DNA from: Phallusia mammillata
Lineage: Eukaryota
DNA: 64,000 nucleotides
NCBI GenBank assembly: GCA_965637545.1
Contig: OZ281495.1
Location: 12,772,001-12,836,000 of the forward strand
Reading direction: 5' to 3'
Shown here piece after piece: positions 12,401-24,400 of this stretch. The position numbers and the translations under genes are program-made. How positions within the stretch are numbered: the stretch's first letter is position 1; each line of letters starts with the position of its first letter. The notes beneath the pieces are model-generated. The model worked only from the letters and a program-made list of their open reading frames with translations, ran no database searches and had not been told where the DNA came from.

Positions 12401-15400
12401 GTTCCAAAACAGTTTATACCCTTTTAAAAAGAATCAGCAAAGTATAAATGACCAACCAAACACGTGACACAGAATCCATTAAAAATGGCTTAAAAGGGGA
12501 TCTTGCGGCTTTAGATACTTTTTAAAACCACTACATTAGATCACCCAACGATACCTGGTGGTTCGACGATCGGTCGAGCACACGGAGCAGTGCAGCATTT
12601 GATACTAGCACTGTAGTTGTAACACCACGAGCCTTCTGCCTCCGACACATCAATGTGATAGCATTGTGGGAAGTCGTTAAGATTGCAACGAAGATTTGAC
12701 TGAAGTGTTCCCTGGTCACTCTGCAAAAAAATATGACTTTAAATAAATCAAATGAAACATAACGATACGACTTCGTTTTTAACACGAATGAAGCTGTTTA
12801 CAAGAGAGCATTTATAGCAGGAAATATGTACAAAACGTTAAAACAGTAAGGAGAACAAAAAGGGCACACATAATTGACAGTTAACGGTTTTGTAGAAACA
12901 TCGCAATGCGTTTTGTGAAGAGAGCCAACATAAAACTGAGTTTGGCAAACAGTGATTAATACAGCTGACTTTGGTGCTACGTTTGAAGTTAAATTTCAAA
13001 AATGGGTCCAAGAAAAAAACGTATATTCTTCACAAGTTTTTCGGAGTGTTTTTTGTTTTAAATGTTAAAAACATGCAAATTATCTCACCTCGCATTTTAT
13101 TCCGAGCCCAGTATACGATGGTCGACAGATGTCACTGAAGTTGTTTCTGTACGAAGCCCAACTCTCGAAGTCACCAACGTTTTCATGAGTCGGTTCATAG
13201 TTGCTCACCGGTTCTGGTTACATAAGTAGGTATCCGGTTATATAGCATAAAGGTCCAACAAACATAGAACAACGAGTGTACAAAAAACAATTGACTTAGA
13301 ACAAGATTGGGACTTGCAATTTAAAGGTGTTTGGGGGTATGGGTCTACCTACTGATGCGCTAGTTTACATACTCCATTTTTTGCCTTCTAACGCAGTGGT
13401 TGTTAACCTACAGTTAAGGGGCCGTGTGTCACGGTTTGCCTGCCTTGCATACACGTGAGAGTTCGGACACCTTACTTCTTAACTTGTTCTGTTGTATTTT
13501 TATATCAAGCCACACGCAGCTACCACACGTGGTGTGTTCAGCAACTCAATAATAGAATGAATGTCCCGTATGTAAACAGCATCACACCACATATCGGCAC
13601 AATCAGCTATGTGACGTAACAACGGTATGACGTACAACGAAGGGAAAAAAGGAGAACATTACTGTAAGGCAGAACATTACATTACTGACACCGTTGAATA
13701 TGCGACACCGTGGAATATGGACTAATTAGGTTAACTACATAACCCGTTTTATTGCATATAAAGCTTGTCAACCTAAATGTGCGATTAACCGGATTCGTCT
13801 GTAGTTTCTTAAGGAACATAAATGCAAAAACGGTTAAGCGTGTTTAACTTTCTAAAAAAGTTTTAAACTTTTATGATGCGAAAAAAAAATCCATCCTTTA
13901 TACAGCTGATAAGATCAAAAAGTGACGTGACTCACCCGTCCAGTAGCATTCGCACACCTCAGTGGTGCTAATCTCTGATGTCGTGGTCGTGTAAACACCA
14001 GGGGTCGTAGCTAAAAATGTGTAAAAGTTACTGGATACACACAGTGCTGGATTAAGGGTCTGCTGGCCTGTAGGCACAATTTATAAAGGGCCCGAAAATC
14101 AGGATTGCCAACTAAAAAAAATAGAATTATTAGTGTTGCCAAATCATTCTGCTGATTTTGAAGTGGCCTGGATTTTTGACTGGCCTGTAGGCACGTGCCT
14201 ACTTTGCCTAATGGTTAATCCGGCACTGGATACACAAAAGAGCAAGGTAGAAGGTGGACAGGAAAATGCAGACGGCGAACACAACTTTGTAAGTTTACCA
14301 TTTTAAACCAGCTTTGTTTTTGACAAAGCCAAATATATGTGTAAATATTACGTTGCTTCTGACAACTTTAGATGACATTGATAACAAACAAACAAACATG
14401 AAAGTAGAATATGTTGATGTTATTGCATTGAATCATGCTTCCTATAATGATGAAATTACAATGTTCTTCATAGTATACAAATCTTTTTCATGATGTTTCA
14501 TAAATCTATAAAATTGACAATTTATGTTTTGATTCAGTAACACACCCCAGTCCCTTTTATACAGTACAAGAAAATTTTCATAATGTTTGATGTTTCACGA
14601 ATCCATAACAATGACAAGTTATGCACTGGTCAGGTATTCAATAATACCTTACAATCCCTGACAACATAAACTTACTTCTGTGTGATGGTGGAACACAAAT
14701 TGCGTTAAAAACAGCGTTGACGGGTCCTGGGTTGTTTAAGTTGCTGTACCAGTTCACATAAGTTACTAGGCCGTGGAATGAAATCCGTTCCATCTCAGAA
14801 ATATTTGCAGCTAGTAAACCTACAGTGGCAATGTAAACTTCGCTACTTCGGTTCGTTCTTAACTCGTCAAATCGGCGAATCGGTTCGTCCAGAGAATCCT
14901 GTGGAACAAAAAAAATAGTCTGTTACTTCTGTTAAATTTTGCGTTCCTTCTGCTAAAGAAATTAAACCGTAATCATGATTTTTAGAATGGTGATAGTGTG
15001 GTGGTCAAGGACAATAGACTTTGTGGAGTTGTTGTTTGATGTTGTTAACGAACTGACAAACTTATTTTTACAAAACGCTTTAGTATTTTAAATGAGAAAA
15101 ACGCTTTGTGCAAGAAAACAGTTTCAATTTACGATATTTAGATGTTTCTAGTTATAAAAATACTTTTGTTTCTTAAGTTCATTTGCAACTGTCAGAACCA
15201 AAAAAGTTTTGTTTCATAATAAATAGTTCATGTGGTTCTACAAGCCAGCAAGTATGTGTTTATTATATCCTAGAATTTGGTAAGAACAATACAGATGCCA
15301 CATCTTGCAAAGGAAATACGAAATGACATAATTATCTAAATTGGCCACTAAATTATCATACATTTCTTCACATTCTTTCAGACAACTGTGTGTTCGTCTT

Positions 15401-18400
15401 GAAATTCTTCAGTCCATTACTATACCTTGGATCTGGCGTCGTTGATAAGTAGAACGGCCCAAGGAACATCAGAACGAGCTCCGCGATCTGTTCTCAGTAT
15501 TTCATCAAGCACAGCTGTAAGAGCTTTGCCAGTGTTTGTCACACCAGGTAGTTGCTGGATGGTGTCTATGGTGTCAAGTGTAGCGTTCCACGTTGTTCCT
15601 TCGCTCAATGTTGATAAGACTTGAACCGTAGGACCGTAAGTCACTATGGCGACCTACGTTGATGCGTAAAGTAAAAAGTTTGATGCTAGATTTATAGAAT
15701 GTTCAAAATTAAAAAAAAGAGATTTTTTTTCAGTTTGTTGGCATTTAGTTTTTAGAATTTGACGCCAAAGAAAAAGTGAATCGCAATATAGTCACAGCCA
15801 AATTTGTTTTCTAAACTTAGAACAAATCAAACTATTAATGCACATTAAAGATTTATATTGATGAATTTATTTTTTCATTTAAGCTTCTTTCTCAACAGAT
15901 TAGCACAATTTAAGTAATAAGAAATTTCGCTGATGCTCTCAATATAAAAATTATATTGTTGTCTCTTTAAAATGAAATATACTTGATACCTGATTGGTTT
16001 TAGAAGCTATTTTCTACATTTAGTTTACTATAAATTTACGTGAGTTCCTGTGGGCTTGATGTCCAACGAGCCAAGTACTTTCCGTAAAAACTTCTTCACG
16101 CTTTTACGACGGAAAACAGCGAGTATAGACGTGTCAACTACCACCACAAGATCGTGGACGTAAAGACATTTTGGTGGAGGTGGGGCTAAAGATAGAAGAA
16201 ACAAATAATATTCCGAGATTGGTTCACACTGCAGACTAGCGGTAAAAAATAAGCTGCTTTTTTTCTACAGTGAAAACTGGCAAAGAATAATCATTTGCAA
16301 TAAAATAGTAACTGTCGCTTGATTGATAAGCCAAAAAAATATTACTTCGGTTAATACTGTGATCACTAATTGTTGACTGCACTAATACCAGAGTAAAGCC
16401 CTCAAACAGCAGTAGTATTTTATTTGTAACAAGATAAATGTATTTTGTTAACGTCTTCAGTATTTTAGGACAAAAATTGTTTATCATGTTAAATAATTAT
16501 TTAAAAATTTATAAATTATAATTTATTACAGGAAATCTTTTAAGATTAGTTTATTGCAACAAAAAATCTTCGGATTTTATGTTTTACCAAAATTGATTAC
16601 TAACCCTTACGACCGTAAAATGGCATTTTAACACACACAAAAGAAAAAAATGGTAAATAAGTGCACACGTTTTACACACATTCATTGGGTATATTGACGA
16701 AACTTACCTGGTGGTGTAATAGGGGCTGTACACAAGTGTTCGTAAACAAATTCCAGAGCATCAGGAATCGAAGAGTTCGGTTTTACCCCAGCATTCATAT
16801 CAGCAAAACTTGGGTAGTGTTGCACAGGTATACTTGGTATGGATTGGTTGAGTTGATCCACTGTATTTCGTTGCATTCCCACCACTACAATATCTCCATT
16901 TACTACCGTTTTTACGTGGTCGTAAAGTTGGGTCAGAGGACCGGTGAGATTACTCTGTAAAGTTTGTTTTCTGCTGTAAAGTGGAATGTTTAGGATTGTT
17001 ATGAAAGTAACTGCATATATACATATCGTATCAAGAAAATAATTGGTCCACAAAAAGTAGAAATGGTATGTCACATCTATTCGTTTTTATGCCCGATTGA
17101 TTTATTAAGATACATCGTTGTTTTTGTGCATACGTCTTTTCTGTGGAACCATTACTGTGCTTTACATATATTTACAGTATTACGATACAGCGATGTTTTT
17201 AAACCAAACTACACCTAGATTTTGTAAACTACATTCCTTATTCGAATAAAATCATATTGCATTATTTGGCATGAAATATGCAAAAATAAATTAGCATCAG
17301 TGCAGTAAAATTGAATCAAACCAAATGAGTGAAAGACCAACTAGGTTGCTAAACGTTCAGAATCTTCCAAGAGCTAAGTCAGCCAAACGTAAACTATGCA
17401 CAAATAAATTTATATGAGGTAAAACAATGTTATAACTTTTGAATGTGCAGAGATTGTCACACCAGGTTGGAATTGTTACAATATAAATATTATTTTGCAA
17501 ACAAGAATATTTCCCTTGCGACGTACAAAACTAAATTTAAACGTCATACCAACCTCGTTAGGTTCGTTGGTAACAAGCAAAACCGACCAGGTTGTATTTT
17601 CGTTCATTGCTTTAGCTGGTCTTATCACTCTGTTGATCATCTTATGGATGACTCTGTCGACTCTGGGAGTTATTCCGCTCGGTTTTGTGTTGATCCCATC
17701 TATGCTGTTAATCACGTCTTCAATGGTCGGCGAGTCGCCAATGTTAGTTACAATTTTACTGAATTTGGAGTACAACAACAGCGCCACCTAAAGACAAAAG
17801 TACATTGCAAAACAAATTAGACATAAACCACAATTTTCATGTTGCTTAGTGGGTAAGCAACAATCCAAACTGTGTAATTATTATTGGGTGTCTTTGAGTC
17901 GTATTGTCAAGTAATTCAATGCTTTAGTACGCTATGGTTAATGCATAAAGTTCAATCAAAATTACACAATAAAACACGTTAATAACCATGAAATGGGAGA
18001 TGTGATGCAGTTGTGTTTTTACATTTGTATGTAAACTACACTTTAAATATAAACGTAACCATTCTGACGTTAGTTATCCCTTAAAACATACATAGTAGGA
18101 CTTAATCATTGCATAGCAAACACCAATGACAGTCAGATAACTCAATCATTGTGAAGATAACTTAAAATTTTCTAACATACTTTAGTACAAAAAAGTATGG
18201 TATTCCAGTTTTTGATACCTTTGTTTCGTTGTCTTGAACATTGAACTTGCGCACGACACGTTTCAAGAACTTTTTCATTTCTTCGAAGTCGGATTGGTTG
18301 GTTCCACTGGTGTCAACCGCTAACACCAGATATGGTGAATGTTCGCATACTGGTGCCTCAGTGGTGAAAACTTCAGTGGTGGTAACTTCAGCGGTAGTGG

Positions 18401-21400
18401 CTGGTGTGGTAATTTTGGTTGTCACTTCCGTTGTCTCTGTGGTAGGTTCCTCGGTAGCAGCTGCTAAGTTTGAACACAAGAATGTTTTGTTTTTTGTTAA
18501 GATTTATGTGGTAATTTTGGCATACAAAGTTGTTGACATAAGCGTACCTGTCGTAACGTTTGTGACAAAAACTTCGCAAATCTTATTCTGTACGGCTTCA
18601 ATCGTCCTTGGCAGCTCGTCAACGGAATGGAAAGTCAAAGTTCCGTCGTCGTGGTTTAAAGTGGTCAGTTGGTCAAAGTATGGGATCTCTTCCGGCCCTG
18701 GACCAACAGTCACCAAACGCACATTCAAGGCCTCAATCTTACGCAACTCAGTCATCAATTCAGTAACGTTATCCTTGGGCAGATGGTCAAGCATAAGAAC
18801 GACCACTTTTTCGGCGTTTCGCCTGATTCCATCACCCAGCAACAAGTGGTAGACGCTGTATTCCAAAGCCGGTGTAAGGAAAGTTATCTCTGATAGGCGT
18901 GCGAGGCCCTCAGGTGATTTTAGCTGCTTGTCAATAGCGTCGAATGCCTCCCGTTTTGTATGACTGTTGTGTAGATTAATGATAAGCTGCGGTACCGGTC
19001 CGTACTCTACCAGCGAAAAACGAGTTTTCAACACCTGTAAGTTACAAAAGTGTGTTGTTTAAAGCAGGATATAGATATTGGAGTTTTGGGCGTAATGGTT
19101 TTTATCTCGGACTTGGATGTGGTGTTAAATTTTCAGTTTTGACAGAACAAGTCTAAATCCGAAATTCATTTAGTTTAGTTCCTTGTTTTGACAAAACTTA
19201 TACAGGTGTTTTAATTTCAAGGCCAAAGTCCGAAAATTAAATGTGTGTTTGAGTATGATCATTTTAAGTCTATATACAAGGCGGCCGGATTCTAAACTAA
19301 AAATAAACTTAGAGTTGGAACTTAAGCCAAAATTCTTAATAAGTGAAGTTTAGTTACCTAAAATGAAAGATGGTTTTGCGAAACACCTTGCATGATGATA
19401 TAATAGGTTTGGGTTTTTAACGTCATCTCGGAAATAAAAAATAAAGATTTCAAAAATTAAAATAAACTCACATCGAGGTCCATTCTTCTAACTATGTCTT
19501 TTATAAATGCACGACTAAGAGCAGTTCCATACTCTGTCATCAACATGTGTCGGTCAATAAGAAACACCAAGTCCATGATAACGGGGCAGACCCACGGTGG
19601 AGGAGTAGGGGGCGACTCGGTTGTCACAGAGGGAGTGCTGATCACTGGGGAGGTCGTGGCCCCTGGCAAGATGGGCACGTGACACAAGGAGTTGTACATG
19701 AAGGATACAACCGGCATGACGAAGTAGGGAAGAAACCTTGCTCTGTGTAAACAGAAATGAAGATTAATTGTGCATTTTGAAAGTACCTTAGTATAGTAGG
19801 CGTGGTTAAACCCAACAAGATGGACACATACCTGTACGCGTTGACATAGCCGTAGTAATTTACAACTCGGTCCCAGCGGGCAGAGCCCGCGTCGTCGGTC
19901 ACTACAGAGGACACGACAATACCTTCAGATAACAGACCCTTCAGCTCCCCAGCTGGGATAAACGTTTCTGGATATCTTCTCATTATAAACACCACTATAC
20001 GTCTTACGCCGGGTTCTAAGGTTCTTCCGTAGGTTTGAAACAACTCTTTTGCGGCGACAATACCCTTGACCATCGACAGAGAGCCGGTTGAAGGCGAGAC
20101 TTGCATATTGGCAGCTATTGCGTTTTTGAAGTCTTCCGGTGTCTTTGCCATGCCGTCGGTAACCGGAATAGCGTTCCGGCCGAGACGTATAATTGCGGCA
20201 TGTACAAAATCGTCGCTAAAAGCAACAGCGTCCCCAAATATTCCAAGGAATCGGCGTAAGGCATAGTCTGAGATTTGACTCGCTGTTAGAGCGTCGTCCA
20301 CAACAAACACAGCGTCCACTTTGCATGGGAAAGTTGGTACAGGGGGTGCAGGAGACACTGTGGTTGTAGGTGCAGGTGTTGTAACATTGCCGTACTCACA
20401 AATCAACTCAAGAGCTTCGTATTCCAAATCTACAAGCGCATGCAGAAAAGCAACAGGAATTGTTCCGTAGTCGACAGTTGATAACTGCGCCGGGTTTGGT
20501 ATACTTATTCCCCCTATCAGGTAGGTGATGACAGTAACTCCACGCGTTCGAGCAGTTTGAACTTCGGACAGCACATCATCAAAGCTTTTCCTTGCCATCA
20601 TCATGAAAATCACCTTCCTGGCTGTGTACCCAATGGAACGCGGATTGGAGCTAATTACGTTATCTAGAGCGTACCGTAGCGCCTTTCCGGCGTTAGGGGC
20701 AGTGGAACGGCCGTAATGGTTCAGATTATTTACTGCTTTCACAACCTGTGGTGCTGTGTAATACTCGGCAAGATTGAAATCCAATTCTGGGTTCTCGCCG
20801 TAGCTTACCGCTGCAAACCGTGACCTTGCCTCGTAACCTTGATCTAGCAAGGTCACCTGACGTTGAATAAACGACATCAGCTGTTGGCTGTCGGACGAAG
20901 GACTAAGCAACGCAGAGTCATAGACATATACACCGTCGACGGCCGTACACACTGGAACTTTTATTTTAGGCGGCGGCGTTGGTGGTGCGGGTGTTACTGG
21001 AGCGCAGAATTTATTCACAAGGTCGTATGCTGTGTGTGGTAGGAAATGTGCTGGGCTAACAGGGAATTGCCGGTAGCTGAATTCCTCGATGGCGTGTGAT
21101 TCAAGAAAGTTCGTCTCGACTGCTATAGCGTGAAAACTAACGTTCAAAGCACGCATGCCGTCCCACACGCGGTTGCTTATGACGCCCGTGATAAGGCGAT
21201 TTACTAAGATGACGATTTCGCGAAATGGGTTGCGCTCAATGCTCTCGGTGTAGTTAAGCATGTCAATGGCAGCTTGAAGGTAGGCGTCCATATGTAAAGG
21301 TGCATTGGGGACTTTGGGACGCACACGCTCAATGGCATAGAGCAGTGTCACTTCATATATTGGGCGATTTAAGAAGAGGATGTTGCGTGGCGCATCACCG

Positions 21401-24400
21401 CTGACTATTAATCCGGAATGAGTTTTGTATTTATCATAATTGATCAGCCCGTCCATCTCGTTAAAGTATTCCTTGAGATATTTCAATAGTGTCTTGTTCG
21501 ATAACAGGGCCTCGTCTACTATGAACACTATGTCGGCCAAGGGGCTGCAGGGTGGAGGTTTGGGTGGTACAGCAGTAGTCGGCACAGTCGGGGGCGCCGT
21601 CGCGCCAGAGTATTCGCGACAAAGACGATCCACAATTCCACGCTCAACAGCATCGATTTCATCGTGACTGGCTGTGGAGAAAACCAAAGACTGGTTGTTC
21701 GCTGGAAAGGAGCTGAGACGTTCATTGAGCGCTGCATCTGGTCCGACTGATAAAAGTGAGATTCCATTGGTTCTCAAACGTTGAAGCGAGTTGTTTAAAC
21801 TAAGATCTTCAAGCGGTGCGCGATGCATAAGGTTGATTATAAACTTGCCATGATGGGCGTAGCGGTCTGTACGTAGTGTGAACACGCTTTCAGTGAGGTA
21901 ATCCAGTGCTTTTGGGAGTCCTAGAGGACCTGAGGCATCGCCATTGTACTCTAACCACACTATAGCCTCTTCCGAGAGCAGGCCTTGATGGAAATCGTCA
22001 AGGCCAAACGCCAATGATGGTGGAGCATCACCACCATACAACACTGTAGCTACTCGGACAGCTGTACCCACTGCAAAGTTATCCATAGTGTTGATAAGGA
22101 GTTCACGGACTTGAGAAGCATTGCTGATTAACCAGAGGCGATCTAATAGGAACACAATGTCAGCTACTAAATATTCACAAGGCACGTAATGTGGAATCAA
22201 CGGAGCTGCGGCGCAGACTGCCTCAAAGACTTGGAAGCCTGAGTCTATGAGCTGAGACATGGTAAGAATATGAGTGTGGAACTGTTTGCTGGTAACAAGA
22301 TTCCGGGTGTCGGAGTTCACAGCCTTGGGGAATCGAGAGAGAACAGACATGACAATGTGATTGCTGTAGATTTGTTGCAGCATCGTTATGTTTACCGGGC
22401 TCGGTTTTCGGGATAACAAAAGCTGAAAATAATAGACGATTTTGAGTACACTGTTCACGGTTTTAAATAATCTTTTATTTCTTACGAACTAATGATGACA
22501 ATATCACTTGTCGAAACGTATTAGTCATGTTTGATACACAAATACTGGCTCTGATTTTTTTGCTCAGGTTAGGATTTTAAGATATGTCGAGAGAATCAGG
22601 ATTAAGTTAAAGCACAAAACAAATTTGAGGGTAAACAGTATTTTGTAGCTTCTCCAAAAAAAGAACAAATTAATCAAGTTAAATCAAATAGTTTGAACAT
22701 CACTGAACTTGACATTTTTGCAAGAAATTAATACAGTTCCTATAAAAAAAAAGTATTTTGAGACACTAAACACAGATCTGTTTATAAGTTTAATGAAAAC
22801 GAATATTTAATAAAGCAACAGATTATATACAATTCAATGACCCAACTTACAATGATAGTTTTGTTTCCAGCTCTGGTCGAGTTCAACATTCTGATGGCTT
22901 CAAATATTGCCTCGTTCGTATTCGCTTTTAAAGCTGTTGGCTCTGGCTCAGTTGGACCTCTCAAAGAGATTACATTGATCAAGGTGAGAATGTCGTCCTT
23001 GGTTTTCGTTGCATCAAACGGTTGGACAACTTTAGTGGTGTTACCTTCGTTTAGGATTGCCACCTGACAAACAAAACATTTAGTGATACTGTGTCGTTCT
23101 AGGTTCTCAACAAGGGTTTGGTTTTTAAACTTTTCAAACATGCGGCGCATTACCAAAATAAAATTTCGTGCACACTTTATAGGCCAACAACGCAAAAATT
23201 TTAAAAAGGAAGGTAATTTGCCGATATAGGGTAGTGGATTACATGGCTTTCAATAATAAATTAGTTAGAAAGTAGCTTTAACGGTTGTACATGTTACATT
23301 TTGTCATTATTAGCACACCTAGGACTCTCTCCGGACGCATATCAAACTGAAAAAGGTATGACGTAAAATACACGCAAGCTTTAACTTGAAATCGGGGGCC
23401 GTCTGTTTGTTTCCCTCAAAACTTGTTGTATAAATATCGAGCTTTTCAAATTTTCTAAACACATTATTTTTTCACCTGTACGGCTTCTGGTCCAATCGTG
23501 ATTCGATCAAGCGCGTTGTGAAAAAATTTGCGCAAAGCATCTCGCGTGGACGGGGACTTCGAATTAGCCAGAGCACTATCCACAATAAATACGACGTTGG
23601 AACGTTCTTCGCAAAGGTAAGGTGGTGTTGTGGTAACTAAAGGTGTTGTTGTGGCAACTGTCGTTGCTGAAAAAAGTAATAAAAACATGAATTGTTTACA
23701 TGTTTAAATATGCGTAAGTTTAACGTGGATAAAGAAAACTTTAAATTACAAAGTAAATCCAAAATATAACATACAACTTTTGTGTCAAATTTTAAGTGAC
23801 AGAATTGACAAGCCGCCGTTATTACCAGTGGTTCCGGTGTATGGTTGAGTAGTCGGCACAGGAGTAGTGGCAGGAGTGGTTATCAACAGCGTTGGGGGAA
23901 GTATGAAGTACAATGCTGATAACAAAAGAATACAAGTCAGTACCAAAAACAATCTTTCAACGCCGATTCACAAATACTCACAATCGCAAATTTCTTGTGC
24001 TAGTGCCTTCATAACATCATGGTTTACCAGCCCGCTGTAACCACCTCCTATGACCTTATAGCGTACATCTGGGTAAACTGAATCGAAGAGCCCAGTCAGC
24101 ATAGCTAGATTAGGGTTAGGTGGCGCTAGAGCGCTTGCATCCGAACCGGTTGGCGTGTTTCCATTTACCCCGCCATTGACCCCACCATTGACCTCGCCAT
24201 TGACCCCGCCATTGACCCCGCCATTGACTCCGCCATTAACCCCGCCATTGACCTCGCCATGGACATCACCATTGACCCCACCATTGACGCCAAAACCATT
24301 TACGTGCCCGTTGACAGCACCATTGAGGTTTCCATTTAGTTCTGGTGTGGCGCTGTCGTTTGAAACAATAAGGACAAACATTCTAAACCGCATTCCCGTT

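Noticed and set aside
18241-18852. 203-aa plus-strand ORF
   Set aside because: Val-rich antisense mirror of the Thr-rich linker and VWA17/18 exons.
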